Below, piece after piece: positions 35,229-48,400 of a DNA stretch of 64,000 nucleotides (position 1 is its first letter; the number at the start of each line of letters is the position of its first letter). Source of the DNA: Klebsormidium nitens (lineage: Eukaryota; Plantae; Klebsormidiophyceae). The notes beneath the pieces are model-generated. The model was given only the letters and a program-made list of their open reading frames with translations, searched no databases and had not been told where the DNA came from. The stretch spans positions 7,508 through 71,507 of the forward strand of contig DF236950.1 in the NCBI GenBank assembly GCA_000708835.1, in the 5' to 3' direction. The translations under genes were made by a program, and so were the position numbers.

Positions 35229-37663
35229 TTGGCGCGGGTTGAAGACAGGATGTGGGCCGAGGACGATTTGGAGGAGGTCGGGGGCCGCTGGGGTGCCAAT
35301 GAGAGGAGCACTTCTGTACGGGCGCGGCCGCAGGAGTCGGCAGTCAGCGAGAAAGCCCGCCAGCAATTGGGCAGTCGGGGCGCTGGCAATGGGGAGAAGG
35401 GGACCCATCAGGCGGAGAGAAGCCCCAGGGACAACGGAGGTAGAGCAGCACGCAGGGATGGAAGCAGATACGATTACAGGGTTGACGATGACCACAAGTA
35501 TGGAGGTGGCAGGCGAGGGCAGGGCAGCCCTGGCAGTGACAGGAGGGGCTCGCGGGGGGACATGCCGCGTGACTGGATCCCTGACCGGTTCAATCGGAGT
35601 GAGCAGGGCGGGAGGCCCAGGGAGGATGGGCTAGAAGCAAGGGAGGCATGGGGTGGCGGCCGTGGACATGATGGCCCGGTGCGCGGGGGCGGGCGCGGGC
35701 GCGGTCGGCGGGACGACTCCGGGACGGATGATTTGCCGGTGCTGTACTCCATCCACCGGGCGAGCGTGCAGTCGGTGCGGCCCTTTGGGCTGTTTGTCAA
35801 GCTGGAGGGCTACCGCAGGAACGGGCTGGTGTGAGTGCCGCACCACCGAATCCAACGGGCTGCACAATTGAGCAATGGGTAGTCTTATTGCAGCATGATT
35901 CTCACGAGCTCACGTTTAAGAGCGGAACCCTCGTCTAACGAGTGCATGAATCATCACAGGCACAGCTAGGAAGCAATCGTGTGCACTTCTTGTGGTCCTT
36001 GATGGTGGTGGTGGCGCGCTGCGTGTCCACATGTTGCGCTGCCCGCTCGTCCCCTGCTGGTTGCGCCCCCGCTGTGAGGAGTGGTGTGTTGGGTGCAGGC
36101 ATGTGACGCAGGTGTCGGACCACGAGGTGACGCGCAAGGACGACGCGGAGGACGCCAAGGTGGACGCACTGCGCGGGGTGGCCACCGAGGGGGACCACGT
36201 CTGGGTCAAGGTGGGCATGCCCGCCCCAAGACAAGAGCACAACTGGTCTGAGGGGCATCGGCGAGACCAAACCCCAGGAAAACCATGGAGCTTTCAGATT
36301 GAAGCGTCCCTGCATGACATTGACTAAGCGCGCTACCCGTCACGGCTGCACCGCTGATGTTCGACTGTGCACACAGGTGATCTCGCTGAAGGAGGGCGAG
36401 GGCGGCGGCGGCCCCAAGGTGGGCTGCTCTCTCAAGCTGGTGTCGCAAGCGGACGGGCGCGACCTGGACGCCAACAATCTCATCCTGGACAAGCACGAGA
36501 GGAAGCCCGCCTGGCAGCAGCCACAAAAGTGAGCGCCGCACCGGCCCTCCCCGCAGGCGGGGGGACCCAAGGGCTGCGCCCGTGCCTGGGGTTGACAAGT
36601 CGTTGGAGCAACAAACCCAGGCACCGAGAGTATGGGAACCGCTGAACGCTTCCCCCAAGTTCAGATAAACGAGTGCCTGTGGGCCATCCCACCTCTTCGT
36701 TGGAACCTCGCTACAATCCTCTGGAGTTCCGTCCTTGATTGTCACGTCTTTGGCGTGCGTGCGCGCAGGCTGGAGCTGGGGGCGGTGCTGGCCGTGACGT
36801 GCACGCGGTGCGGGGGCCGCGGCCATCTCAAGACCGACTGCTACGCCGCACTTGACACGCACTACGACCTACTGCCAGGCAAGGCTGTCGATCCAAGCTA
36901 GAGGCCTTCGATCGTGATGTTTCACAGCACGGCCTGGCCCTCTGCACCTGCCTGAGTCGTCAGCTTGGTGTAGTCGAAGCCGAGACATGCCCCATCATCA
37001 AAATGGATCACAGGACTCCGTTGAGACAGGTGACAGCTTGCCGTGAGCTCAGACCGCCAGCATGAACCAGGCATGCCCTAAAAACTTGCGCTTGCTGATG
37101 CAGAAGAGGACGAGGCCGCTCTACCCACTGCCAGGCCAGGCGTTGGGGCGGCCGCTGCGGCAAGCAGGGGGCAGGGATCGGGGGCTAACGACGTTCCGCT
37201 GGGCCGGGGCCGGGGCATAACCCAGCCAGCCTGGATGACACAAAGCAGGCCGGAGGGCGGCCCCGTCATCGGACAGCCAGTGAGAGAAGATCGAGGAGCG
37301 GCAGCCGTTTTACCCGCTCATATTGGCACTGTCGAGGAAGCTCTGGCGGTGATTGAAAAGTTGAAAAAGGAAAAGAAAGAGCGGAAAGCGGAGCGCAAAG
37401 AGCGGCAGAAAGCAAAAGAAAAGAGGAGGCGAAAACGAAGGAAAGGGGGCAGCAGCAATGAGAGCGAGAGCGAGAGCGAAAGCGAGAGTGAACGGAGGAG
37501 GAGGAAGAGGAGAAGGAAAGAAAGAAGAGAACGCAAAAGGAAGCAACAAGAGGGGTCTGAGAGTGCTAGTGACAGCGGCAGCGGTGAGTCCTGTGGAAAG
37601 AACGAGCGAGGACAGAAGCATGAAGGCAGGGGCCGGAGTCGCAAGAAAAGCATGGATGGCTGA
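35229..37663 (+). CDS. S1 RNA-binding domain + CCHC zinc-knuckle protein (pNO40/ZCCHC17-like) with Lys/Arg/Glu-rich tail
   Basis: Exons 35229-35830, 36099-36210, 36377-36528, 36769-36878 and 37104-37663. S1 motif SIHRASVQSVRPFGLFVKLEGYRRNGLVHVTQVSD, knuckle CTRCGGRGHLKTDC, and GRGRGITQPAWM. Confidence 0.85.
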
Positions 37664-39513
37664 TTAACTAAACCGACGATGCGAGTCGACTCGCATGCAG
37701 CGAGCGTCACGATCATTCGAAAAGCCGTGTTTACGTGGGCCAAGGGCCGTGAGGGGCCGTATGTTCGCATATACATAAGCAACTAGTGGGACGATCCATC
37801 CCAAGCCTGGTCTCCGAAGCCGATGTCGTATACCTTCCATTGATGCTAGATCAAGCGTCATGTTTGAACGTTCCAACATGCCCTAGCTGGCACTGGCCGC
37901 CCCATGCAACTCATGTGACGTGTTGGCTCCTATCATAGACCGCACTTGCTTTGCATGTACGTTCTGATTTGAAACTTTTAAGTCTGATTGTGGACGATCA
38001 TATTCTATCGCGCCGGCTCATGTAGATATTTCTCGCATGCAACTGCATGAAGCTCATCGGACAGCTGCGGCGGCGGAAACAACCGCCTTTGTCTGTGCGA
38101 TCTAGAGCTGCATGCAGTTCAATGCTCATGACGGTCATGCGTACTGCACATGCCAGAATCATGATTCAATACAAATTGCAATCCAACTCAATGATCATTC
38201 AGTTTACTTCATCTTGTATGGTAACCGTCATGCATGTACGTACCGAGCTCCGGCACTCAAGTGCAACTGAACGAAGGCCGGCCCGTTGAACATGCGCAAG
38301 AGATCTGACGATCGAGATCAAGCAGATGGTCTCTCTGGACTCGCGAAGCATATACTAGCTGTACGTGTTTCAATCTATCTAGCTAGCACTGCAATCACGG
38401 GACTGCATCAAACGCCGCACGAATCAAGGAAACATATCGTATCTATTATATTGTGCGAGTGTGCTAGTGTTGCGTATCATTCCACTTCGCTTCTCACTCG
38501 GCCGTACGAGTCTCCTAACTCACGTACTAGCTTTCGAAGAAGTGTCTATTTGCCGATCCGTATATTCTCTGTGCGACTTTTACATCCCCCATACACCCTT
38601 TCTCAAAGGTATCACCACGCGTGCCCCTCACTATACACGTATCTACATATCATTCTTGCGCGCCTGCGCTCCCCATTAAGCCTCCTCTGCTTTTCCTCCC
38701 CGGGCCACGACTCCCCCCCTCTCATGCATCCTGGGGGGCCTGCCCGCGTGCTCTTTCTAGCCCTCCCCCGCCAGGAGCGGCTCTGTGGGCAGGCCCGCCA
38801 GGCTGGCCCGGTCGACGCCCATGCCTGAACGGATGGAGAGAGGGAGCCTGAGCACACGTCATGCCGCCTGCTCTCCCGCCAGCAGCGGCTCCGCCGCCCC
38901 GCTCCGCACATTCCGCCCTGAACAGAGGGGTGGGAAGAGACGTGCTCGCCATTAGCACGGCCCTAATCTTGTGCAGTTGTCTTCACAGGCGACCGCAGAA
39001 ATGGAAACCAGGAAGCACAGCAACCCATTCCTCAGCCGAACCCTCTAGCCTTAGCCAAATCAGCAACAATTGCTGGCTGGTAGTGGCCGGGTAATCTTTC
39101 CTTTTGTGTTTCATCAATTAATAGGGCAGGCGATTGTTGACTCTGAGTCTCAGGTAGAAGGAGCAATTGGGAGACGAGAAGGAGTGATCGATGAGATCAA
39201 GCGGAGACTCCCGGCCAAACAGAGAAAATCTGTCCGACACGCAAGATCAAGCATTGCTGCGCAAAGTAGAATACTCTATCGAGTGCCTCTACGACCCGAG
39301 GAACATGGCCTCTCATGCCAAGAAACAGAAGAAGGTTTTCAGCAAGATTTAAACAAGATCCAAGCGCCTGCTTTCCAAAGATGCAGAGCCGCAAGTAGGC
39401 ACCGCACCATGTCAAACCAGAGCAAGCAGTAGTAGCGCCTGAGGAAGACCCAAAAACGCGCATTATCATGTCAATAGATGAAGACGTGATGCTTGTAGTG
39501 AGGCGCCGCTCAC

Positions 39514-40606
39514 CGAGGTTGGCCATGCACGCGACGAGGCCGAGCGCGGCACCGGTGACGACGAAGTCGACCCCGACCAGCACGCCCACCACCCACGTGG
39601 CGGACGCGGGCCACTGCGCGAGGATGAGCACCGCCAGCGCGAGCGAGAGCAGGCCCGATACCAGCACGGACGGCCACGTGGACAGGTGGCGCACCTGGTA
39701 CGCCAGCACCAGCTTCGACAGCCCGCTCGCAAAGAACCTGCGCGGCAGCGGGCGCACGCGCACGGGGTCAGCAGCGCAGTGCTGAGACACAGGAGGGGTC
39801 GCTAAGTGAGAAGGCGACACATGGTATGCGGATCAGACATGTGCCCAGACCCGGCAAATACGGCAGAACATATGGGCGCTCTGTGGCCCTGCCCCGCTCG
39901 GAGGCGGTCGCTCTTGGGCAATGACCAGCTGGCCCTCGTACGAAATGCTCAAGAGACGGAACCGCGCCCCTTGAGCGGCGAGTGGCTGACCATGCTGCGA
40001 TGAGGAGGGTGAGGCCGGCGAGGCCCTCGACGGGGGAGGTGACGAGCCAGACGCCGACAAAGAGGTTGAGGCCGCCCAGGAGCAGGTTCATGCTGCAGCC
40101 CGGGGCGGACACGCCGCACATCTGCAGGCCGTGGACCACCTGCACGATGCCACCTGGCAAAACAACGCACAGACACACGTGAGCAAGCCGGCGGCAATAG
40201 TGCAGGCGGAGGGAATACGAGGTGGGCAGGAATTGAGGCTTCTGACCGTGCCATGAAGGCAACAAGACAAATAGCTCGCGAAGCAATAAACATCACAGCA
40301 GAGGGCGGGACACAAGTGAGAAACCACAGACAGCCGTCCATGGAAAAGAAAAGCAGCCGTTTACATCCCACAACAGTGTTGGCTTGCAGTGTGGGTGCGC
40401 CACTGACCGAGGACGAAGAGCACCCCGAGGAACTGCTCGATGACGAGGCTGAAGAGCAGCGGCGCCGCGACGGCCACCACGCCGATAACCACCAGGATCA
40501 GGCTCAGCACCGTGAGGCCCGTGGAGAGGCGCTCCAGCTGCTCGGGGGGGACCGGGCCGCGCAGGGGGATCACCTGGGGGGGGATTGCGACACCCTCCGT
40601 TAGCAT
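39514..40606 (-). CDS. HdeD/DUF308-family multi-pass membrane protein (3' end unresolved)
   Basis: Exons 40606-40408, 40153-39991 and 39737-39514. Repeated hydrophobic helices with HdeD-like pattern (LFVLGGIVQVVHG; GLTLLIAAWFFASGLSKLVLA; LILAQWPASATWVVGVLVGVDFVVTG). Confidence 0.75.
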
Positions 40607-42398
40607 AGGGGCAGAGTAGAACTCGAGAAGGCTCGATCTGGGGTTTTCCTTGGATTGATTAAATTTATTTGACCAACCCGGAGTACAAATAGAAAGGGAA
40701 GATCAGCATTACGGGCTTCTGGTGCACAGCGATGCAAAAGGCTGGGACCTCAGAGTAGAAGAAGCCATAGAAAAAGTGCACGAGAGTGATGAGACTGGTT
40801 TCAAAAGAGGAGCAAAAAGGAGGAATTCTAAACGCAGGCGCCACATGTTGATGATTGTAACCATGGATGAGATGAAAGAGAAGAGATTGAGGAATTCAGA
40901 AGTTCGAAGCAGAGGAAGTTCGAAATTGAAAGTGGAGTGTACTAGCTTGGAGAACAGGACCAGCGAGGAGGAGGAAAGGACAGAGGGAGGGGGGGATTGC
41001 AGCTACAAAGAACAGGCCACAGTCAAAGACAGAAAGACTCTAAGCAGCCACAACTCAAGCATGACTCTAAGCAGGCACAAGAAAGAGACGAATTTTAAAA
41101 GCTGATCAGGGGTCAACGGCTTGAGCTTCAAACCCAAGAAGACAAATACTTGGACTGACAGGTTACAAGCAATCACAAGTAGCCACTGTCTATGCAACGT
41201 CAGCTTGAAGAGGCATCACCAACCTCAAAAACTCTTTTGGTCTGTTGGATTTGTTGCGCATACCGCAAAATTAACGACCCCCACCGCGGTGGCCGCCTCC
41301 CTGGGCGTCCTCACTGCGGGAGAAGGGGTGCGGCCGACCTCCGAGGAAGCTGCACCACAATGACAGGAGCACACAAATCAGACAAGCAATCTAGGCACAG
41401 AATCCAACCGGTGCCTTCCAAGGTGCATGGTCTGTCGTATCAGGATGGAGTGCACTCTGCCAGAAAGGGCAAAGCTCGTAGAAAACTCAAAAATGCCTCT
41501 GGTTCACTGGCATATGTGGGGCAACAATCGAATTTTTCATTTCCAATGGCCGCCACTTGATACTTGTCTGGTTGCAAAACGTTAGGCTGGGACCCAGCAG
41601 AACCTCTCACAAATATCTGGACAACTCGTAATTTTCAAAGGGTGGTGAGCATAGCCCCTCATGACCCATCCTGCATTTACACAACAGAGAACATGAGGAC
41701 TAAGACTTTGAACCACAGCATTTTCTGTGGTGGTAAGAAGTTTCTTTCTCCATTGAACTGTTGTGGAACAAAGGGCATGCCCAGAACAAATGAGGCACAC
41801 ATTGAGAGCAATACGTCCCATTTTAAAAAAGTGAAGGCTCTTTAACTTCAAGCAACACGGCTCTTCTCCAAATACGTGCAACATCTGCAAAGTGCATGCA
41901 TTTCTGCATCAATGCCCAAACAATGCTGCACCACCCGGACAGTTTCATAAAGACAGACGCAGTGTGGTGGTCCTCTGTACTGCCTTCTTCCCCTACTCAT
42001 CAACTGATTCCCTCGTGCATGCCAATATCAGAACAGTCTTCAGCATTCCATTCATTGGGCTGTTGCCCACCTGCTGGTGCTTGTGCCCTCTTGCTTGCCT
42101 CTGCTTCATGCCTGACCGGCACCTCGTGACTGCTGGGCTGGGCGGGGGCAGCGCCTGCGCCGGGGGCCGGCGGGACGTCCGCGGTATCGCCCATGTTGGA
42201 AGGGTTTCCTCGCATGATGGTGGACACAGGTGAAGCGAACAAGGTCTGAGCTGGCAGGGCTAAGGCTTTGATCCAATGCTCGATCCAAATGAATGCTGTC
42301 AAGCACGAAGCCCGAGGGGCCAAGCCAAGGCCCAGGGGCAGCAGGGAATTATAAAGCTGTCACAACAACTTTCAAGCTGCGAGGTCACCCTTCCCAAG

Positions 42399-42420
42399 TT
42401 TAGGGTTCGCCAAACCCTAA
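42399..42420. promoter_or_regulatory. Inverted pair of telo-boxes upstream of the F-box gene
   Basis: TTTAGGGTTCGCCAAACCCTAA ~130 bp before the ATG. A similar TTTAGGGTTTCGCC lies at 58863, ~200 bp before the protease ATG. Confidence 0.45.
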
Positions 42421-42547
42421 TCCTGGAGTTGGCACTGCCCAACGTCTCGATCATCGCCAGAGCAAATGCGAAGGCCACGTGTAGAGCAGAGTCCAGGGCG
42501 CCACTGATCGGGATGTCTGTGTGCTTCTTCCTAGCTCGGGCGCCGCC

Positions 42548-43522
42548 ATGACGGACTTCCCCAGCGAGGCGCTGCCCGCCATCCTGTCTGCACTGCGTGG
42601 CTCGGACCTGCGCACACTGCTGGCCCTGCTCAGTGTGAGTAAGCAATGGCGCGAGGCCGCCCTCGCAGATGCCGCCCTCTGGACGTCCATTGTGGTGCCG
42701 CCCTCCCTTGCTCCGCGCCTCACTGACGAGCGCCTCCGGGCCATTCTGCTGCGGGCGCAGCGCCGCGGCTTTGATGAGATTGACCTGACTGGGTGCGTCC
42801 AGCTGACGGTGGAGAGCCTGGACGCCATTCTGGAGGAGTGTGCGCGCTTCCCGCGCCGCCTCAGCTTTGTGGGCTGCCCCCAGCTGCACTGGACTCACGT
42901 GCTGGCCCTCCTGGAGAAGCTGCAAACGGCGTGCCAACCCCTGGCGTCGGTGGCCCTCCGCACAGCCAGCAAAGAGGGGCACGCAAGAGTACCAGTTTCG
43001 CAGCATTGCCCAGCTGCTGATGGCGGGTGGTCAGAGAGCTACTTAGAACTTCCTGGGGGTAAAGTAATCCGCAACCCGCACCTTCCTAGGGCGAATCTTC
43101 TGGGCGCCACCGTGCGGGAGTCGGCGCCTGTGAGTGCACGCGCGGCGCCCAAGCTGGTGCGGCCGGAGCGGCGGCTGCGCGAGCTGGGGGTGGCGGGGAT
43201 CGACTTCCGGCGCTGCAAGTGGCGCGAGCTGCGCACGCTGCAGCAGTACGCGGAGCGCCTGGACGTGGGCGAGTGCGAGGACGAGCGCTGCTTCCAGATC
43301 CGGCGTGTGGCGCCGTGCGCGTCGTGCCTCTGCGAGTGCTGCGAGCAGCACCTGTATCGCTGCAGCGTGTGCGGGGGCCGCACCTGCCGCGAGCACTGCT
43401 TTGACCGCACGGCCGCAGACACGGAGCCGCGCCTGGGGGTGTGCTACCGCTGCCACCTGCGTGGTCGGCAGCACCGCCTCGCTCAAGCGCAGGAGTCAAT
43501 GGTGAGGCGCGGCTGGATTTGA
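42548..43522 (+). CDS. F-box protein with short LRR-like segment and Cys-rich C-terminus (SKIP14/SKIP28-like)
   Basis: F-box FPSEALPAILSALRGSDLRTLLALLSVSKQWREAA, then SIVVPPSLAPRLTDERL...EIDLTGCVQLT, and C-terminal CASCLCECC...CSVCGGRTCREHC...CYRC. Confidence 0.8.
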   Translation: MTDFPSEALPAILSALRGSDLRTLLALLSVSKQWREAALADAALWTSIVVPPSLAPRLTDERLRAILLRAQRRGFDEIDLTGCVQLTVESLDAILEECARFPRRLSFVGCPQLHWTHVLALLEKLQTACQPLASVALRTASKEGHARVPVSQHCPAADGGWSESYLELPGGKVIRNPHLPRANLLGATVRESAPVSARAAPKLVRPERRLRELGVAGIDFRRCKWRELRTLQQYAERLDVGECEDERCFQIRRVAPCASCLCECCEQHLYRCSVCGGRTCREHCFDRTAADTEPRLGVCYRCHLRGRQHRLAQAQESMVRRGWI

Positions 43523-45463
43523 CAGGGTTCAACATTGTTTTGCCCGTTGCAGTGAGTCTGCTCTGGACGTTGGACAGGCAGTCCCGAACTTTCGAGATCT
43601 GTGTCTTGTCAGGCATATGGCAAGTTCAACACAAGTTGCACTTGAGTGGAGCTTCAAGTTATCATTGACTTGGATTGGTTTCTGTGAGGTCAGATTCCAG
43701 CAGTGAAGAGCACGGAATGCAGCAACGTCTGAGTGGGCACATGCTGATGTTGGATACACCCGAGCAGGATGATCCACCTAACAGCAGAGATCCGCTCTTT
43801 CTGCAGGTACTCCCAGAGGTCAGTCAAGAAACGCGGAATAATCAATAAGCCAGATAATGATGGAAAGCTGTTCCGTCAAAGACCGAAGGCCCCCTCCAAG
43901 GGACTTCTGTTGCTTGCATAGTTGAGGAATTGTCGTGCAGGGCTCCAAAGCAAGGCAGGTTTAGGATACTTTGCCAAGCGTCTCCCTCCTTCATGGACTT
44001 GCAGGTAAGATAGTGTTGAGTCGCACAGGCAAGGAGCGTTCAAAGGTGCAACACTGTCCTCGACTGATGCACTTGACTAGGTCAGATTCTTAGGAAGTTC
44101 ACTACTAAGTCATTGTATTGGAGACATGGACGCGCGGACGTTGTCAGGCCACATCGGTATTGAATCGAACTTGCATGAGCTAGGCTAAGTTTTGATCTCG
44201 ATAGGAGTTCTGAAGTGACTGATAGGTTTGCAAGGAGACTCAGGTTGTTTGACTATTGACAGGCTGCGAAAATGCATGTATAGCTAGAAATGACAGACAG
44301 AACTTTTGTTATACTTAAGGGGGAACTTTTTGTTTGCCTGTTTCCGGCTCGCCGTCACTTTTTTTGGCCCCGATTCTCGTTCCAACCGTCTAAATTTGGA
44401 GATCTGACATTCAAGCACACTGACAGCTACTACATGCGATCGAAGAATACATGCATCATTCAATCCGATTGCAAATGTTTTCGAGTTGTACTCAATTCGA
44501 TCGCGCGCATTATTTCGATATCATAGACCAGCTAGGCGCAGAATAGTTGAGTCCGAATTTGATCATATCAGGCGTGCGGCACATGTCAACGAAGGCCCAT
44601 CATGGGCGCGTAAGTACTCATTGAATCAGCTCTTAAATGATCGATCAGACCATTTGATGCAACATGATCATGGCGGCCTGGGCCAACCGCGGGATATACT
44701 CAATTGATTGCATGACCGAACAATTGAGCGGTACGATTCGGGTAATGATAATTGCTGCGTAACGCTCCACATAATTTCACATGGTTAATCAAGTTGATGC
44801 AAGAACTAAGCGGACCTCCAATCCAAAGATCATGAACTTGAATTGCACACAGAAATTGGATTGCTTCTTCTTTGCATGGGCCATGTATAAAACGCAATCG
44901 TCGTACATGTATGTATCCGAACGATGAAGGTATATACAAGTGCGGAGCATTTTAAGGCCGTCGCGCGGGCGCTGGTCGGGGCTGGCGGGCGCTTGTTCCT
45001 GCGCCGCGGCCGGGCCTGTATAGAGCCTCGGACTGGCATGGGCCCCCACTGAGCCTTTGTCGAAATCTATCAAACAGTACCCTTGGTCGAAACATAAGTT
45101 TTGTATCGTATATCTAGAGGCTTCAGTGGCCACGTGGATCCGATCAGCTCGAATTTGGCTCGGCACCAATCGATCAGAATATTCATCCCTGTGCAGCATT
45201 GCAATGCACCATGGCCAGCTTCTCGTCGGACTCAAACACCAAGTGTGTATGCCAGCATACATGCCTCCAACAGTGAGAAGGCTGCACAGCTTGATCCTAA
45301 AAACATTGGGATTGTCGTTGCTTCTCCAGAACAATCTTAGTATACACCTGCCAAGATGCATCTGATTCTCAAACTCGGCTCAGTGCTTGCGCGCATGTGT
45401 TAGTCGGTATCTCAGTCTAGGCCGTCAGATTATGAAGGCCCAATGTCAGCAAGGCGCGTGACG

Positions 45464-48400
45464 TCAGCACGAGAGCGGTCCCCGCCCCTCCGCTGCCCCT
45501 CCCGCCGTCACCCTCTTGCGCGGCGGCCGCGGTGCTGCCCAGTCGCTGTCGGCCAGCTCGCTGCCCTCCTCGTCGCGGCTCGGCGAGCTGCGCACGCTGG
45601 ACCCGCGCGACGGCGCACCGCTTGCCCGCCCCGCACCCTCAGGAGATCCGCGGGGCTCGGGAACACGCACACTCGTGGAGGCGTGGGCACCATCAGCGAA
45701 ATGACCACCAGTCCGTCCGTCGTCGCTTGGCCGTGAGGGATGGCGGCTCGACTGCCTGCGCCCATTTCCCAGCGCGTGCTCGGGGCTACTCTCGACCGAG
45801 CTTGGCCCCGCCGAGGACTGGCCCCCGAAGTTACCCGGCCCGGCGTCTAGTGGTCGGTCCTCCGCTTGGCGCCCGGTGGGCTTGGCCCGGGGCACCGCTT
45901 CCAGCCGTTCCCGGCGGTGCTCCCAGTGCGCGGGCAGGCTCACGGCCCGCGCACGCCCCGTGCCGGCCGCCCCGCCCCGCCGCGCAGCCCACTCCGCAGC
46001 GGCGCGCTGCAGGGCCGCCACGTCGACCCCGTCCGAGACGAGAGAGCTCTGCCGCTGCTTCTCCGTCTGTGCGCGCTGGCTGCAGAGGCGAAAGGGCGAT
46101 AAGGGACTTGACGCATTTGCGAAGGAGTCTACGGAGGCCGCTTCAGAAGCTGCTGGATGAGAATTGTATGGATGTAGCCTCGATCCTACCAGTTGGAAAC
46201 AAACTCTGTTACGTCTTCTCGTTCGCAGCAACAACGGCTTTTTGATTGGATATGAAGCTTTCCACATATCCCTTCTGTCCTTTTCGGCGGGCAACTTCGT
46301 CAGGTTCCTTTTTGGGTCAGGTCAGAAACATCACGTGACGCTGATGCACTAGGATACCCGGCCCGCGCGCGGGTTTGGGTACACGAAGGGCTCCTTTTCC
46401 TGTTGCGACTGCCTTCGCCGTTACAAATCTTGCAAGGAACGCGTTCCAACGTTGTGACAATTTGTTGAGGTGTCGCTCGGAGTTTACTACATCGTCTGGA
46501 CTATAGCAACGCTTCAAACTGATGCCCCAATACTGGATGGCATGTTTGTGGCTCACGCTTCCAGTCGCGCCATGGCCGCCAGGTACTCGTCGTCGGAGAG
46601 GCCCTCCGCGGCGGGTGGCACGCCGTGCCGATCCAGCGCGCGCGCCATCGCGTTCTCCAGCTCCTGCACGCCGGCACATGCTCTTTGGTCAATTTCTCAC
46701 GAGAACTAAACGGACACGCTCTGCTTGTCACGCCCTAATTGTCCCTCACTTGAATTTGCCCGCCTGCGTCAGCAGAAGTGGTTTAAAACGCATCTGGTTA
46801 GAAAAATTGGCTAGTGCGGGCGTGCTCCTGCCGTCGCAAGGTCTCTTTGCCGCGGCTTTACCTCGCGCACTTCTTCAAATGGCAGCGCCGCGCGCTCCTC
46901 CTTCCGCCGCCGCCGCTCGTCCTCGTGGGCGGCCATCTCGCGCGCGGCCTCCTGCGCGTCACGGCACTCGCGGCGCCAGCGGTGAGACTCCTCACGAACG
47001 GACTCCACCTCCGCCTGGCACGCCGCCAAAGCTGCGCCCTGCGGCAGATGAAGGCCAAAATGGCTCAGCGGCGCCAACAAGATTTTCTGCACCCCGTTGC
47101 TTTCAAATTAGGCTCTGATCCGTCTTGAACGGTCACAGCGTGGTTCTGACAACTAAACACAGTTCGCGCCATGGAAAGTCACCACGCATTCTCTTCTTTT
47201 GAAGGAGCTTTTGTCATGGTGCATGCGCTGAAAGCATGGTGGAATAATAAGGGGACCTTTTCCGCAACTGCAATTGAAAGAAGCAGATCTCGCAGACCCC
47301 TTACTGCGTCGTCCAGTTGTCCGCGCAGCGCTGTCTCAGTTTGTTTGGCGACCTCCAGGGCTGTTCGCAGCGCCTCCGCGTCGCCCTGCAGCAGCCGGTG
47401 CCGGTCGTGCATCTCGTCCAGCTGGCGGCGCAGCTCCTGCAAGCGGAGGGTTTGACGTTACCTTTCGCTTGCTTCGACGGACGTCTGCAGTGACATGGTA
47501 AGATGAAGAAAATTATCTCCGACAGACTACTTGCAAAGCAAAATTTCAAGAGTACTAGAGAGACAAGATTCGCACAGTCATCAGACTGGAGGCGGCAGCC
47601 CACCTGCGTCTTGAGGTCGACGGCCTCGTCCAGCTTAAGCAGGCGAGCGGCAGTCTCCTGAGCAGCCACAAGAATAGGGTCAAAGACAAGTGTTCCCCTT
47701 TTCCCTGCTAGGGACCTCGGCGTTCTCGTCTGGACGCTTTGCCTCGTCCCATCCGAAGTCGAGACAGCGGTCCGACTCCCAGTGTACCTCCCCGAGCTTC
47801 ACGGGCGTCATTTGATTCAATCAACCGTCTGACGCTTCGAGACGGAGATGTTCCCACAAGATGAGCCGAAGGCGTGGCTTTCTACGACTGTCGTATGGTT
47901 ATACTTTACTGAAATTCTCTACGACTTCGGCACCGGATGGGGGTTCCCCATTCTGGGCGCTCGCTGAAAGACGTTTTCGCATAGGCCCAATCTGCTGACA
48001 GTATGTCTTCCTAATCTTGCCATTCTGTTTCTTGACACACCCCTTCGGGTGCCGTGTGCGCACCTTGGCCTGCTCGTCGCTCGCGCGCAGCGCCGCCTCC
48101 GCCTTCTCCTTGTCCTTCTCCAGCTCGCGCGCGCGTGCCTTGAGCTCCTCGCGCTCGGCGGCGTGCGCGCTCTCCGCTGCCTTGCGCGCCTGCTCCTCTG
48201 CGGCGGCCCCCTGCCGCCACTGCTCTTTCATCGCGTCGCTCAGCGCGGCCAGCTCCGCGGCGTGCTTGCGCGCCTCTTCCAGGGACTGCGGGACGAGCAT
48301 CCCGGTCAGCGGCGGCCATACAGGGTGAGAGACGAGGCCATCCAAGAACCAAATTTGTCGCCTGTTGCCTTCGCAGCTCCACCTCAGACCCGGTGTAAGA

